From: Alphaproteobacteria bacterium
Lineage (GTDB): Bacteria > Pseudomonadota > Alphaproteobacteria > Bin95
Direction: 5' to 3'
NCBI GenBank assembly: GCA_964291285.2
Contig: OZ219785.1
Location: 672,001 to 736,000 of the forward strand
DNA: 64,000 nucleotides
A model generated the notes under the pieces. It saw nothing but the letters and a program-made list of their open reading frames with translations. It did not search any database and was not told the origin of the DNA. Below, piece by piece: positions 1 to 11,247 of this stretch. Position numbers and translations under genes: made by a program. How positions within the stretch are numbered: the stretch's first letter is position 1; the number at the start of each line of letters is the position of its first letter.

Positions 1-306
1 ATGGTGCGCGTCCGGGCGGGCGGGCGCAAAGCCGACGCCGCAATTGCCCATCACCACCGTGGTGACGCCATGCCAACTCGACGGCGCGAGTTCGCTGTCC
101 CAGGTCGCCTGTCCGTCATAGTGGGTGTGGACATCGACGAAGCCGGGCGTCACCAGCGCGCCCGCGGCGTCGATCTCGCGCCGGCCGGGCCCGGCTCTGC
201 CGCCGGCCTGCGCGATGCGCCCGCCCTCGACCGCGACGTCGCCGGCGAAAGGCTCGCCGCCGGTCCCGTCGACGATCGTGCCGCCGCGAATGACCAGATC
301 GTGCAT
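1..306 (-). CDS. N-acyl-D-amino-acid deacylase / amidohydrolase family, 5' part (runs off the window edge)
   Basis: Manual translation of the minus strand from 306: [31 protein letters not shown]...[19 protein letters not shown]...[20 protein letters not shown], with the amidohydrolase DxHxH motif. Confidence 0.85.
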   Translation of the reverse strand, partial: MHDLVIRGGTIVDGTGGEPFAGDVAVEGGRIAQAGGRAGPGRREIDAAGALVTPGFVDVHTHYDGQATWDSELAPSSWHGVTTVVMGNCGVGFAPARPDAHH

Positions 307-319
307 CGCCGCGCCTCCC

Positions 320-1339
320 TCAGTTGTAGAACGCCTCGAACGCCGCGCCGACGCGCTCGACATCCTCGGGCTCGATATCCCTGTGCACCACCAGCCGCGT
401 CACCGGGCCGGGCGATGCGATAACAATATTGCGGTCCTCAAGATGCCGCTTGAGTTCCGCTCCGCCTGGCAGGCCGGCATAGACCATGTTGGTGGAGACG
501 CGCTGCACCTCGACCACAGGCGCCAGGCGCTCGCCCAGCGCGGCGGCAAGCTCGTGGTCGTCGGCCAGCCGCTCGACATGGGCGTCGAGCGCATGCAGCC
601 CGGCGGCCGCCAGCACGCCGGACTGGCGCATCCCGCCGCCCAGCATCTTCCTCGCCCGCCGCGCGCGCCCGATGAACGCCTCGTCCCCGGCGAGCACCGT
701 GCCTGCCGGCGCGCCGAGGCCCTTGGAAAGGCAGAGCGAAACGGAATCGGCTCCCTCGGCCACGGCAGCCGGCGTCTTTCCGGTGGCGGTGGCCGCGTTC
801 AGCAGCCGCGCCCCGTCGAGATGCACCCTGAGCCCGTGTTCGCGGGCGAGTCCGGCGACCTCCTCCATGTAGCCTTCCGGCAGCACGCGCCCGAGCGTCG
901 TGTTCTCCACCGCGATCAGCCGCGGCACCGGGCGGTGGAAATCTTCGGGGCGGATCGCGGCACGGAGCCGGTCCGGTGTCACCGTGCCGTCCTCCTCCAC
1001 CGGCAGCACGATCGGCACGATGGAGCCGACCACGGCAGCCCCGCCCGCCTCCGAGGCGACCGTGTGGTAGGTCTCGCCGGTGATATACGCCTCGCCGCGC
1101 CCGCAATGGCTCATCAGCGCCGTCAGGTTGGACTGCGTGCCGGAGGGAAGGAAAAGGCCCGCCTCCAGCCCCAGCATGTCGGCGACGCGCTGCTCAAGGC
1201 GGGCGACGGTCGGGTCCTCGCCATGCACGTCGTCGCCGACCTCCGCCTCCGCCATGATCCGGCGCATGGCCGGCGTCGGCAGGGTCACGGTGTCGCTGCG
1301 CAGGTCGATCCGGCGGTTGGCCATGCCGTTTCCGTCCAT
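320..1339 (-). CDS. ltaE: Low-specificity L-threonine aldolase
   Basis: [33 protein letters not shown] and GGGMRQSG motifs; start could also be 1324. Confidence 0.9.
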   Translation of the reverse strand: MDGNGMANRRIDLRSDTVTLPTPAMRRIMAEAEVGDDVHGEDPTVARLEQRVADMLGLEAGLFLPSGTQSNLTALMSHCGRGEAYITGETYHTVASEAGGAAVVGSIVPIVLPVEEDGTVTPDRLRAAIRPEDFHRPVPRLIAVENTTLGRVLPEGYMEEVAGLAREHGLRVHLDGARLLNAATATGKTPAAVAEGADSVSLCLSKGLGAPAGTVLAGDEAFIGRARRARKMLGGGMRQSGVLAAAGLHALDAHVERLADDHELAAALGERLAPVVEVQRVSTNMVYAGLPGGAELKRHLEDRNIVIASPGPVTRLVVHRDIEPEDVERVGAAFEAFYN

Positions 1340-1340
1340 G

Positions 1341-2684
1341 TCAGGCTGCCTCCCGGCGGCCGTCGAGCCAGCGGTCGAGATCGGCGAGCGCGCGGGCCGC
1401 ATGCGCGCGCTTGCGTTCGCGGCCCCGGAACCGCGCGTCGAGCGGCGGGAAGAGGCCGAAATTGACATTCATGGGCTGGTAGGCCCCGGCGGCTTCTGGC
1501 CGCGGGCCGGTGACGTGGCCCAGCACGGCGCCGAGCGCCGTCGTCGCGGGCGGCGCGTCCGTCTCGCCCGCCGCGAAGCGCCCCGCCAGCAGGCCGATGG
1601 CCGCGCTCTCGACATAGCCCTCGACGCCGGTGATCTGGCCGGCGAAGCGCAAATGCGGGGCCGCCCTGAGCCGCAATTGCCCGTCCAGCAGCGCCGGCGC
1701 GTCGATGAAGCTGTTGCGGTGGATGCCGCCGAGCCTGGCGAAGCGCGCATTTTCGAGGCCCGGCACCATGCGGAAGACGCGCGCCTGTTCGGCGTGGCGC
1801 AGCTTGGTCTGGAAGCCGACGATGTTGTAGAGCGTGCCGAGCGCATTGTCCCGGCGGAGCTGCACGACGGCGTGGGGCCGCCGGCCGGTGCGCGGGTCGG
1901 TCAGGCCCACGGGCTTCATCGGTCCGAAGCGCAGCGTCTCAGGCCCGCGCGCCGCCATCACCTCGACCGGCAGGCAGCCCTCGAACCAGGGCGTGAGCGC
2001 CTCCCACTCCCTGAACTCGATCCGGTCCGCCTCCAGCAGCGCCGCCACGAAGGCCTCGTAGCCCGCCTCGTCGAGCGGGCAGTTGACGTAGTCGGCCCCG
2101 CTGCCCGCCGGCCCCGGCTTGTCGTAGCGGGACTGGAACCAGGCGGTGTCGAGATCGATGGAATCGGCATAGACGATGGGCGCGATGGCGTCGAAGAAGG
2201 CGAGCGCCTCGCGCCCCGTCAGTGCCCGGATCGCGTCCGCAAGCGCGCCGTCGGTGAGCGGCCCGGTGGCGACGATGGCGGAACCCGAGCCCGGCAGCCG
2301 GTCGATGCGCCGGCGCTCTATCGCGATGAGCGGCTCCGCTTCCAGGGCGGCGGTGACGGCGTCCGCGAAATCCTCGCGGTCCACGGCGAGCGCGCCGCCC
2401 GCGGGCAGCCGGGTGCGGTCGGCGCAGGCCATGACGAGCGAGTCCGCCCGGCGCATCTCCTCGTGCAGCAGGCCGACGGCGTTGTGCTCGGCATCGTCGG
2501 AGCGGAAGGAGTTGGAGCAGACCAGCTCGGCGAGCTTCTGCGTCTTGTGCGCCGGCGTCGGCGTTTCGGGGCGCATCTCGAAGAGCACCGAGCGCACGCC
2601 GCGCCGCGCGAGCTGCCAGCAGGCCTCCGCCCCGGCAAGCCCGCCGCCGATGACCGTGACCGGAGTGTCCGCGAGGAAAGCCAT
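1341..2684 (-). CDS. trmFO: Methylenetetrahydrofolate:tRNA (uracil-5)-methyltransferase
   Basis: [61 protein letters not shown]. Confidence 0.95.
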   Translation of the reverse strand: MAFLADTPVTVIGGGLAGAEACWQLARRGVRSVLFEMRPETPTPAHKTQKLAELVCSNSFRSDDAEHNAVGLLHEEMRRADSLVMACADRTRLPAGGALAVDREDFADAVTAALEAEPLIAIERRRIDRLPGSGSAIVATGPLTDGALADAIRALTGREALAFFDAIAPIVYADSIDLDTAWFQSRYDKPGPAGSGADYVNCPLDEAGYEAFVAALLEADRIEFREWEALTPWFEGCLPVEVMAARGPETLRFGPMKPVGLTDPRTGRRPHAVVQLRRDNALGTLYNIVGFQTKLRHAEQARVFRMVPGLENARFARLGGIHRNSFIDAPALLDGQLRLRAAPHLRFAGQITGVEGYVESAAIGLLAGRFAAGETDAPPATTALGAVLGHVTGPRPEAAGAYQPMNVNFGLFPPLDARFRGRERKRAHAARALADLDRWLDGRREAA

Positions 2685-2818
2685 AAGGGCCTTATACCCC
2701 GGCCCCGCCTCCCCCCGCCAGCGGGCCGATGCAGTCCTGTCGAAGGCCGTTGATCCTTGTATGACAGCCAAAAGCAAGGCATAATGGAAAATGTAAGGAA
2801 ACGAAGGGACCAGCTTCG

Positions 2819-3049
2819 GTGGAGTCCGCCGTCACATCCAAAGGGCAGACGACATTGCCCAAGGCCGTAAGGACCGCCCTCGGCGTCAAGCCGGGAGACC
2901 GCATCCGGTATGTGGTGCTCGAGGACGGCGTGAAAATTCTTCCCCTGCGGCCGGTCGCCCGGCTGTTCGGCGCGTTCGGCCATGACGGCCCGCCGGCGAG
3001 CCTCGATGACATGGAACGGGCCGTCGCCGAGGGAGCCGGCGAGGAGTGA
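2819..3049 (+). CDS. AbrB/MazE-type antitoxin (VapB)
   Basis: [25 protein letters not shown] swapped-hairpin motif; overlaps the downstream PIN gene (GTGA). Confidence 0.85.
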   Translation: MESAVTSKGQTTLPKAVRTALGVKPGDRIRYVVLEDGVKILPLRPVARLFGAFGHDGPPASLDDMERAVAEGAGEE

Positions 3050-3444
3050 TCGCGCTCGACACCAACGTGCTGGTGCGCTTCCTCGTGAACGACCACCCGG
3101 CGCAGGCCGAGGCGGCCCGGTCGCTGTTGTCCGAACTGACGGAGCGGGACCCCGGCTTCATATGCCGGGAGGTGGCCGTCGAACTCGTCTGGGTCCTGGA
3201 GCGGGCCTACGGATTCTCCCGCGAGCGCATCGCAACCGTGCTGGAATCGCTGGCCGCAACCGCGGAACTGGAGGTCGAGGCCGTGGACGATGTCGTCCGC
3301 GCCGCATCGCGCTACCGCCAGGGCGGCGCCGGCTTTTCCGACCTGATGATCGCGGCCGCCGCAAGGCGGCGCGGCGCGTCCACGCTCTACACGTTCGACC
3401 GGCAGGCCGCCCGGCTCGAAGGCGCGGCGCTGCTCGCCGGCTGA
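3046..3444 (+). CDS. vapC: VapC PIN-domain toxin
   Basis: [11 protein letters not shown]...E...FSDLMI...TFDR PIN motif. Confidence 0.9.
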   Translation: MIALDTNVLVRFLVNDHPAQAEAARSLLSELTERDPGFICREVAVELVWVLERAYGFSRERIATVLESLAATAELEVEAVDDVVRAASRYRQGGAGFSDLMIAAAARRRGASTLYTFDRQAARLEGAALLAG

Positions 3445-3460
3445 GACGCCGCCCTTCTCC

Positions 3461-5152
3461 TCACGGCAGCCGGTCGCCGTCCTCGTAGCCCTGCCAGGCG
3501 CTGATCTGGAGGGGCGAGGCGCGCACATGCAGCACGACCGGGCGCGAGCGCACCGCGAAGGCCTGCGCGACCGCATCCGCCACCTGCGATTCCGCCTCGA
3601 TGGTGATGCCCTCCGCGCCGAACGAGCGCGCCCAGGCGGCGAAGTCGGGGTTGGTGAGGCGCGTGCCCGCCATGAAGGGGCGGCCGGGATAGCGCATGTG
3701 GCTGTGCATGCCGATGGTGCCGTACATGCCGTTGTCGGCGATCACGGCGATCGGGCAGGCGCCGTACTGGCAGGCGGTGGCAAGCTCGTTGCCCATCATC
3801 AGCGCGCCGCCGTCGCCCATGAAGGCGACGACCTGCGTGCCCGGCCGGCGGATCGCGGCGGCAACCGCCATCGGCATGCCGGAGCCCATCGCGCCCACCA
3901 CCGAGGCCAGGAACACCTGCCCCTGCCGGAAGCCGATATGGCGGTGCAGGAAGGTCGCGAAATTGCCGGCGTCCGAGGTGACCGTGGCGTCGGGGGCCAG
4001 ATGCTTGCCGATCTCCGCGACGACGGCCGAGAAGTTCACCCCGTCGTCGCGCGGTTCCCAGGGCCGCTCCAGCAGGCGGCGGTGGGTGCTGTGCAGCCCG
4101 TCGATCCAGCCGCGCCGGCGCGCGCCGTCGGCGGGCACGGGCCGGGCAAGCAGCGCCTTCACCACCTCGTGCGGGCTCGCGGCGATGCCGAGCGCCGGGC
4201 GCCACACGCGCCCGATCTCGTTCGGGTCCGGCCAGATGTGGACCAGCGGCAATTGCGGCTCCGGCGCGGTCGGGAAGGTGTAGGACTGGCTGACGCTGTC
4301 GGTCAGCCGCTCGCCGAGCGCGATCATCAGGTCCGACCGCTTCATCTCGTCCAGCAGCTCCTTCGGCACCCTGATGCCCATATAGCCGCCGTGATTCGGG
4401 TGGTCGTAGTCGAAGAGCTGCGGCCGGCGGTGGGTCGGCACGACCGGCAGCACCCAGCTTTCCGAGAGGCGCACGAGGTCGCCGAACAGCGCCGGGTCGC
4501 GCACCGCGTCCGCCATTGCGCCGCCGCCGGCCAGCAGCAGCGGACGCTCTGCCGCCTCGATCATGGCGATGAGCGCGTCCACGTCATCGGGCCGGGGCGC
4601 GGGAATCGGGCGCGGGCGCGGCGGCGCGAGCGCCGCGTCCGTCTCCTCGTCGAAAATGTCCTCCGGCAGGATGACCGCCACCGGACCCGGCGTGCCGGAC
4701 TCGGCGAGGTGGAAGGCGCGCGCCATCGCCTCCGACGCCTGCTCCGGCTCGCCCACCTCGATCACCTCCTTGGAGATGTCGGAGAGCAGGCGCGAATAGT
4801 TCTGCTCCTGGAGCGCGAGGCGGCCCATGTCGCGCCGCTCGACCTGTCCGATCAGCATCACCAGCGGCGTCGCGTCGTGAAACGCGGTGTGCATGGCGAC
4901 CAGCCCGTTGGCGAGGCCGGGGCCGCGCGAGACCATGGCGACGCCCGCCCGGTCGCGCATCCGCCCGTCGGCGGCGGCCATGAAGCCCGCGCCCGCCTCG
5001 TGCCGGCAGACCGCCACCTGGATCGAGTTGCGCTCGACCATGGTGCTGGTCAGGCCGATATAGCTCTCGCCGGGCACGCACCAGACGCGGTCCACATCGT
5101 GCGCCTCCAGGCTCTCGACCAGCAGGCGGGCGACGGTTCTGTTCTCCGGCAT
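3461..5152 (-). CDS. Thiamine pyrophosphate-dependent enzyme (acetolactate synthase-like)
   Basis: VPGESY, CRHEAGAGFMA, SRGPG and the GDGG...N TPP-binding motif. Confidence 0.85.
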   Translation of the reverse strand: MPENRTVARLLVESLEAHDVDRVWCVPGESYIGLTSTMVERNSIQVAVCRHEAGAGFMAAADGRMRDRAGVAMVSRGPGLANGLVAMHTAFHDATPLVMLIGQVERRDMGRLALQEQNYSRLLSDISKEVIEVGEPEQASEAMARAFHLAESGTPGPVAVILPEDIFDEETDAALAPPRPRPIPAPRPDDVDALIAMIEAAERPLLLAGGGAMADAVRDPALFGDLVRLSESWVLPVVPTHRRPQLFDYDHPNHGGYMGIRVPKELLDEMKRSDLMIALGERLTDSVSQSYTFPTAPEPQLPLVHIWPDPNEIGRVWRPALGIAASPHEVVKALLARPVPADGARRRGWIDGLHSTHRRLLERPWEPRDDGVNFSAVVAEIGKHLAPDATVTSDAGNFATFLHRHIGFRQGQVFLASVVGAMGSGMPMAVAAAIRRPGTQVVAFMGDGGALMMGNELATACQYGACPIAVIADNGMYGTIGMHSHMRYPGRPFMAGTRLTNPDFAAWARSFGAEGITIEAESQVADAVAQAFAVRSRPVVLHVRASPLQISAWQGYEDGDRLP

Positions 5153-5306
5153 GGGCTTGGCAGTCCTCTTCTCCGAAATTCCGGGCGCGACCCTAGCCGC
5201 GTTCACCCGGCCTGCAAATGCGGCGGATTGCGGGGCCGGCGGCGGCCAATTCCACCGGGTGAGAAATCCCTATAGGTTCCGCGCTGTCGAAGAGGGGTAG
5301 GGCGCC

Positions 5307-6488
5307 ATGGGCGAATTCACGATCAGGGGCAAGGTGGCGGTCGCCGGCGTCGGCGAGACGACCTACTGGAAGCACAGCCGGAGTCCTCACGCCGAGTTCA
5401 AGCTCGCATTGATGGCGATCCTGGCAGCGGCCGAGGACGCCGGCATCGACCCGGCGGAGATCGACGGCTTCGCCTCCTATTCCAACGACCGCAACGACCC
5501 CTCGCGCATCGCCGCCGCGCTCGGCTGCCGGGAGCTCGCCTTCTCCAACATGCAGTGGGGCGGCGGCGGGGGCGGCGGCTCCGCGGCCATCGCCAATGCA
5601 GCCGCGGCCATCGCCTGCGGCTACGCGCGCTGCGTGGTCGTGTTCCGCGCGCTCGCCCAGGGGCAGTTCCAGCGCTTCGGGCAGGCGGCGGCAGGCGGCG
5701 CGGCGGGCGGCCACGACGCCTTCACCGTGCCCTACGGCGTCATGTCGCCGGCGCAGAAATACGCCATGCGCTACCAGCGCTTCGCCCATGAGCACGGCAT
5801 CGAGCGCCCGGCGCTGCGGGCGATCTCCATGGCCTCCTACCACCACGCCCAGCAGAACCCGCGCGCGGTGATGTACGGCCGGCCGCTGACCGAGGAGGAC
5901 TATGACGCCTCGCGCTGGATCGCCGAGCCGTTCCGCCTGTTCGACTGCTGCCAGGAGAATGACGGCGCGGCGGCCATCCTGCTGGTGGCGGCCGAGCGCG
6001 CCCGCGACCTGCCGCACAGGCCCTGCTACCTGCTGGGCGCGGCCGCCGGCTCCGAATACCGCAACGGCGCGCCGGTCCACAACGCGCCGCTCTACGGCAC
6101 GTCGAGCTTCACCACCGTCGCCCCGCGCGCCTTCGCCATGGCGGGGATCGGGGCGGCGGACGTCGATGTCGCGCAGTCCTACGAGAACTTCACCGGCGGG
6201 GTGCTGATGAGCCTGGTCGAGCACGGCTTCTTCGCGCCCGACGAGGCCAACGACTTCCTCACCCTCGACAATCTGCGCGCCGACGGCGGCCGTTTGCCGC
6301 TCAACACAAGCGGCGGCAACCTCGCCGAGTGCTACATGCACGGGCTGGAGCTGAACATCGAGGCCGTGCGCCAGGTCCGCGGCCAGTCTCCCAACCAGGT
6401 GGAGGGCGCGGAAATCTCGGTCGTCGGCTCCGGGCCGATGGTGACGCCGGTGAGCAGTTCCGTATTCGGAGCGGAGGCGGCGCTGTGA
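5307..6488 (+). CDS. SCP2/Ltp2-type thiolase-superfamily protein
   Basis: AVAGVGET, DCCQENDGAAA, YENFT, NTSGGNLAECYMHG. Confidence 0.8.
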   Translation: MGEFTIRGKVAVAGVGETTYWKHSRSPHAEFKLALMAILAAAEDAGIDPAEIDGFASYSNDRNDPSRIAAALGCRELAFSNMQWGGGGGGGSAAIANAAAAIACGYARCVVVFRALAQGQFQRFGQAAAGGAAGGHDAFTVPYGVMSPAQKYAMRYQRFAHEHGIERPALRAISMASYHHAQQNPRAVMYGRPLTEEDYDASRWIAEPFRLFDCCQENDGAAAILLVAAERARDLPHRPCYLLGAAAGSEYRNGAPVHNAPLYGTSSFTTVAPRAFAMAGIGAADVDVAQSYENFTGGVLMSLVEHGFFAPDEANDFLTLDNLRADGGRLPLNTSGGNLAECYMHGLELNIEAVRQVRGQSPNQVEGAEISVVGSGPMVTPVSSSVFGAEAAL

Positions 6489-6913
6489 GCTACCTGCCGG
6501 AAGGGATGCCGCACCCGGTCGCGGACGAGTTGACCGGGCCCTATTGGGAGGCGGCGCGCGAGGAGCGGCTGCTGGTGCAGCGCTGCAACGCCTGCGGGGC
6601 CTGGCAATGGGGGCCGGAATGGTGCTGCCACGCCTGCCGGTCCTTCGATGTCGGCTGGGTGGAGGTCACGCCCCGGGGCCGCATCTATTCCTGGGAGCGC
6701 AACCACCATCCCGTGCATCCGGCGCTCAGGGGCCGGGACCCCTATATCGTCGTGCTGGTGGAACTGCCGGAGGCCGGCAATGTGCGCATGGTCGGCAATC
6801 TCCTCGGCGACCCCATGCAGGAGGTCCGCATCGGCGCCGAGGTCGAAGCCGTCTTCGAGCATCACGAGGACGCCGACCCGCCCTATACGCTCGTCCAGTG
6901 GCGGGTTGTCTGA
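6485..6913 (+). CDS. DUF35 Zn-ribbon/OB-fold protein
   Basis: QRCNACG...CCHACRS zinc ribbon, GRIYSW, VELPE...RMVGNL; translationally coupled to the thiolase. Confidence 0.85.
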   Translation: MSYLPEGMPHPVADELTGPYWEAAREERLLVQRCNACGAWQWGPEWCCHACRSFDVGWVEVTPRGRIYSWERNHHPVHPALRGRDPYIVVLVELPEAGNVRMVGNLLGDPMQEVRIGAEVEAVFEHHEDADPPYTLVQWRVV

Positions 6914-6968
6914 GGGAAGGCCCCGGCTGCCTTAGCTTCGAGGCTTCGGCGTTCCACTCCCCGCCCGG

Positions 6969-7628
6969 TCACTCCGGCTCCTCGACCTCCGGCGTTTCCT
7001 CGCTCGCCGACGCAGCCTCCTTCTCCGCAGCCAGCGCCTTCGCCACCCCGACCATTGCGGGCCTCAGCAGGCGGTCGTGGAGGAGGTAACCGTCCTGGAC
7101 GACCTGGACGACCGTGCCGGGCTCGGCGTCCGCGGTCTCCACCTCGAACATCGCCTGGTGGCGGTTGTGGTCGAAGCGTTCGCCCTCAGCCTCGATGCGC
7201 GCGATATGGTGGCGGGCAAAGGCAGCGCCGAGCTCGCGCTCCACCATCTCGACGCCTTCCATCAGCCCCTCGCCGCCGCCGCTCTCGAGCGCCCGGCGCA
7301 GATTGTCGGCGACACCCAGCAGATCGCGCGCAAGCCCCGTTGCGCCGTAGCGGGACGCCTCGCCGCGCTCGCGCTCGCTGCGCCGGCGCAAGTTCTCGAC
7401 CTCGGCGAGCGCCCGCAGCCGTTCGTCCCTGAGCGCCTGTGCTTCCGCCTCCAATTCGGCGATGCGCGCCGCCTGCTCGGCAAGCGGATCGACCTCTTCC
7501 GGACCGGCAGCCTCGGCCTCGGCGTCCGTTTCGGGCGCGCCGTCGCCGGCGGCGGCTTCCGCCTCCGCTACCGGCGGCGCCACCTCCTCCGGTTCGGGTT
7601 TCGGTTCCTCGTCCACCATTGCTCTCAC
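6969..7628 (-). CDS. grpE: Nucleotide exchange factor GrpE
   Basis: LRALAEVENLRRR, FDHNRHQAM, GYLLHDRLLRPAMVGV. Confidence 0.95.
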   Translation of the reverse strand: MRAMVDEEPKPEPEEVAPPVAEAEAAAGDGAPETDAEAEAAGPEEVDPLAEQAARIAELEAEAQALRDERLRALAEVENLRRRSERERGEASRYGATGLARDLLGVADNLRRALESGGGEGLMEGVEMVERELGAAFARHHIARIEAEGERFDHNRHQAMFEVETADAEPGTVVQVVQDGYLLHDRLLRPAMVGVAKALAAEKEAASASEETPEVEEPE

Positions 7629-8692
7629 CCTCTCTCCGGAGCCAGCATGCGTTCGATCACCCGCGCCGTATAGTCCACCATCGGCACGATCCGGGCATAA
7701 TTGAGCCGGGTCGGCCCCAGCACGCCGATGGCGCCCACGACACGCTCCTGCCCGTCGCGATAGGGGCTGACCACCATCGACATGCCCGTCTGGCTGAACA
7801 CCGTGTTCTCCGCCCCGATGAAGATCTGCACCCCCTCGCCCGTCCGGGCCGCCTCCACCAGGCGCAGGATGTTCTCGCGCGTCTCAAGCGCATCGAACAG
7901 GCCGCGCAGCCGCTCCAGGTCCTCGACCGCATGCACATCGTCGAGGAGCCGCGCGCGCCCGGTCACGATCAGCCGTCCGCCGTCATGGCTGCGCTCGCCG
8001 GCCCAGACCGCGAGCCCGGCCTCGACCACGCTCTGCGCGAGCGCATCGATCTGCGCCCGGTGCGTTTCCAGATCGGCGCGGATTTCCTCCAGCGCCTCCT
8101 CCAGCGTGCGTCCGGAGAGCCGGGACTGGAGATAGTTGGCGGCGCGCTGCAGCGCATCCGCCGGCAGGCCCGGCGGCAGGGTGAGCACCCGGTTCTCCAC
8201 CTGGCCGGCCTCGTCCACCAGCACGGCCAGCGCGCGTCCCTCGCCCAGGTTGACGAACTCGATATGGTTCAGCCGCTCGGCCCGCTTCGGCGCCACCACC
8301 AAGCCGGCATGGCGCGTGAGTCCCGCCAGCAGGCGGCTCGCGCGCTCGAGACTCTGCTCAAGCGTGATACCCGCCCCGGCCGAAAGCGCCTCGATATCGG
8401 CGCACTCGCTCTCCGTCAGTCCGCCCGTTTGCATGATGCCGTCCACGAAGAGGCGCAGGCCTCCATCGGTCGGCAGCCGCCCGGCTGAGGCATGCGGCGA
8501 GAACAGGAGGCCCAGCTCCTGGAGGTCCGCCATCACATTGCGGATCGTCGCCGGCGAGAGCGGCCTGCCGAGCTTGCGCGCGAGCGTGCGCGAGCCGACC
8601 GGCTCGCCCGTCTCCATCCAGGCATCCACGATCAGCCCGAAGACTTCGCGCGAGCGTTCGTCGAGATCGGCAAGTCCCGGGGAGCCGGCCAT
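7625..8692 (-). CDS. hrcA: Heat-inducible transcription repressor
   Basis: [41 protein letters not shown]. Confidence 0.95.
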   Translation of the reverse strand: MAGSPGLADLDERSREVFGLIVDAWMETGEPVGSRTLARKLGRPLSPATIRNVMADLQELGLLFSPHASAGRLPTDGGLRLFVDGIMQTGGLTESECADIEALSAGAGITLEQSLERASRLLAGLTRHAGLVVAPKRAERLNHIEFVNLGEGRALAVLVDEAGQVENRVLTLPPGLPADALQRAANYLQSRLSGRTLEEALEEIRADLETHRAQIDALAQSVVEAGLAVWAGERSHDGGRLIVTGRARLLDDVHAVEDLERLRGLFDALETRENILRLVEAARTGEGVQIFIGAENTVFSQTGMSMVVSPYRDGQERVVGAIGVLGPTRLNYARIVPMVDYTARVIERMLAPERG

Positions 8693-8789
8693 GCAACAAA
8701 GACTCTTCCAAGGGGCGCTGCGAGCATTTAGGAACCCGGCGGGCAGGCGTCAACCGGGCGTCCGGCCCGAAGGAGCGAGCAGCGAAGCC

Positions 8790-9518
8790 ATGACAGACCC
8801 CGTCCGCCCGTCCGGACGCCGCCCCGACGAACTCCGCGCCGTCCTGCTGGAGCCCGGCTGGGCGCCTTATGCGGAAGGCTCCTGCCTCGCGAGCTTCGGG
8901 GCGACGCGCGTCCTCGCCGCCGCCTCGGTCGAAACGCGCGTGCCGCCCTGGCTGCGCGGGCGCGGGCGCGGCTGGATTACGGCCGAATACGGCATGCTGC
9001 CCCGTTCCACGCATGAGCGGACCGACCGCGAGGCAGCGCGCGGGCGCCAGAGCGGCCGCACGCAGGAAATCCAGCGCCTGATCGGCCGTTCGCTGCGCGC
9101 CGTCGCCGATCTGGGAGCGCTCGGCGAAATCCAGATCCGCATCGACTGCGATGTGCTGCAGGCGGACGGCGGCACCCGCACCGCAGCCGTCACCGGCGGC
9201 TATGTGGCGCTCGCGCTCGCCTGCCGGCACCTGCAGCGGATCGGCGCGGTGAAGAAGCCGGTGCTCGCGGACTCGGTCGCCGCCATTTCCTGCGGGCTCT
9301 GGCGCGGCCAGCCGGTTCTCGACCTCGACTATGCCGAGGACAGCGATGCCGAAGCGGACGCGAATTTCGTGCTGACCGGCTCCGGCGCTCTGGTCGAGGT
9401 GCAGGCGACGGCGGAGAAGACGGCCTTTCCCCGCGCCCGGCTGGACGCCCTGCTCGATCTCGCCGAGGCCGGATGCGCCCGGCTCGCGGAGGCGCAGCAG
9501 CGCGCGCTCGCCCCGTGA
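8790..9518 (+). CDS. rph: Ribonuclease PH
   Basis: [42 protein letters not shown]. Confidence 0.95.
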   Translation: MTDPVRPSGRRPDELRAVLLEPGWAPYAEGSCLASFGATRVLAAASVETRVPPWLRGRGRGWITAEYGMLPRSTHERTDREAARGRQSGRTQEIQRLIGRSLRAVADLGALGEIQIRIDCDVLQADGGTRTAAVTGGYVALALACRHLQRIGAVKKPVLADSVAAISCGLWRGQPVLDLDYAEDSDAEADANFVLTGSGALVEVQATAEKTAFPRARLDALLDLAEAGCARLAEAQQRALAP

Positions 9519-10105
9519 CCCGGCGGCTCGGCGTCAGGCGGCTCGTCATTGCCAGCCACAATGCCGGCAAGGTTCGTGAAATCTCCGAACTGCTGGAGCC
9601 GCACGGCATCGAGGGCGTGCCGGCCGCCGCGCTCGGCCTGCCGGAGCCGGAGGAAACGGGCGACACCTTCCTCGCCAATGCGGAACTCAAGGCGCGCGCG
9701 GCGACAGGTGCCGGCCTGCCGGCGCTTGCGGACGATTCGGGCCTTGCCGTCGCCGCGCTCGGCGGCGCGCCCGGCATCTATTCCGCCCGATGGGCCGGGC
9801 CCGACCGGGATTTCGCGCACGCCATGGCGAAGGTCCATGACCGGCTTGGCGACCGCCCGCGCGCGGCCGCCTTCGTCGCGGCTCTGGCGCTGGCCTGGCC
9901 GGATGGGCATGTCGAGGCCTTCGAGGGCCGGGTGGAGGGCCGGCTGGTCTGGCCGCCGCGCGGGGACCGGGGCTTCGGCTACGACCCGGTCTTCGTGCCG
10001 GACGGCCATGACGAGACCTTCGGCGAAATGGCCCCGGAAGCGAAGGCGCGCATCACCCACCGCGCCCTGGCCTTCGAGAAGCTGGCCGCGGCCTGCTTCC
10101 CATGA
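9515..10105 (+). CDS. rdgB: dITP/XTP pyrophosphatase (RdgB/HAM1)
   Basis: [37 protein letters not shown]. Confidence 0.93.
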   Translation: MTRRLGVRRLVIASHNAGKVREISELLEPHGIEGVPAAALGLPEPEETGDTFLANAELKARAATGAGLPALADDSGLAVAALGGAPGIYSARWAGPDRDFAHAMAKVHDRLGDRPRAAAFVAALALAWPDGHVEAFEGRVEGRLVWPPRGDRGFGYDPVFVPDGHDETFGEMAPEAKARITHRALAFEKLAAACFP

Positions 10106-11232
10106 CGGACCGGGGCTTCGCCGTCTATGTGCATTGGCCGTTCTGCGAGTCCAGATGCCCCTATTGCGACTTCAACAGCCATGTGCGCGAGACCGTGGAC
10201 CAGGCCGCCTGGCGCGCCGCCCTGCTGGGCTCGCTGGAAAGCTGGGCGGAAGAAACACCGGGGCGCACGGTCGGGAGCGTCTTCTTCGGCGGCGGCACGC
10301 CCTCGCTGATGGACCCGGAGACCGCGGGCGCGGTGCTGGAGCGGGTGCGCGCGCTCTGGCCGGCCGCGGACGATCTGGAGGTCACGCTCGAAGCCAATCC
10401 CGGCTCGGTCGAGGCCGGGCGTTTCCGCGCCTTCGCCGGGGCCGGCGTCAACCGGCTCTCGCTCGGGGTGCAGTCTTTCCGGGACGGTGAGCTGGCCTTT
10501 CTCGGCCGCCGCCACGACGCGCGCGCCGCCCGCGCCGCGCTCGAACTGGCGCACCGCACCTTCCCGCGCGTTTCCTTCGACCTCATCTATGCGCTGCCGG
10601 GCCACACCGCCGCCGGGTGGGCCGCCCGCCTGGACGAGGCGCTCGCGCTCGCGGGCGAGCATCTCTCGCTCTACCAGCTGACCATCGAGCCCGGCACGGC
10701 GTTTGCGCCGCGCGCTGCGAGGGGCGAATTCCACGTCCCCGGCGAAGACGAGGCGGCGGCGCTCTACGAGACCACGCAGGAGCGCCTCGCCGCCGCCGGC
10801 CTGCCGGCCTATGAAATTTCGAACCACGCCCGGCCCGGCGCCGCCTGCCGGCACAACCTTGTCTATTGGCGGGGCGGGGAGTGGGTCGGCGTCGGGCCGG
10901 GCGCGCACGGCCGCATCGACACGGGCGAAGGGCGCGTCGCGACCGCCGTGCGCCGCGCCCCGGAGGCGTGGCTCGCGGAGGCCGCAGGCAATGGCCGCGC
11001 CGTCAGGGAACGCCGCCTGCTCGAACCGCCGGAGGCCATGCAGGAGCGCGTCCAGACCGGCCTCCGGCTGGCGGAAGGCATCCCCGTCGAGGGGCTGGAG
11101 CCGGTCGTCGACGCAGACCGGCTCGCGCATTTGCGGGCCGAAGGGCTGCTCTCGGCGCGGACGGACCGCCTCCGGGCGACTCCAGCCGGGCGGCAGCGGC
11201 TCGATGCGGTGGTCCGCTACCTGCTCATCTGA
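10102..11232 (+). CDS. hemW: Radical SAM heme chaperone HemW
   Basis: [32 protein letters not shown]; conserved rph-rdgB-hemW context. Confidence 0.9.
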   Translation: MTDRGFAVYVHWPFCESRCPYCDFNSHVRETVDQAAWRAALLGSLESWAEETPGRTVGSVFFGGGTPSLMDPETAGAVLERVRALWPAADDLEVTLEANPGSVEAGRFRAFAGAGVNRLSLGVQSFRDGELAFLGRRHDARAARAALELAHRTFPRVSFDLIYALPGHTAAGWAARLDEALALAGEHLSLYQLTIEPGTAFAPRAARGEFHVPGEDEAAALYETTQERLAAAGLPAYEISNHARPGAACRHNLVYWRGGEWVGVGPGAHGRIDTGEGRVATAVRRAPEAWLAEAAGNGRAVRERRLLEPPEAMQERVQTGLRLAEGIPVEGLEPVVDADRLAHLRAEGLLSARTDRLRATPAGRQRLDAVVRYLLI

Positions 11233-11247
11233 GACGGGCGCCGCCCC

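Noticed and set aside
8693-8789. CIRCE operator upstream of hrcA
   Set aside because: No TTAGCACTC-N9-GAGTGCTAA match seen
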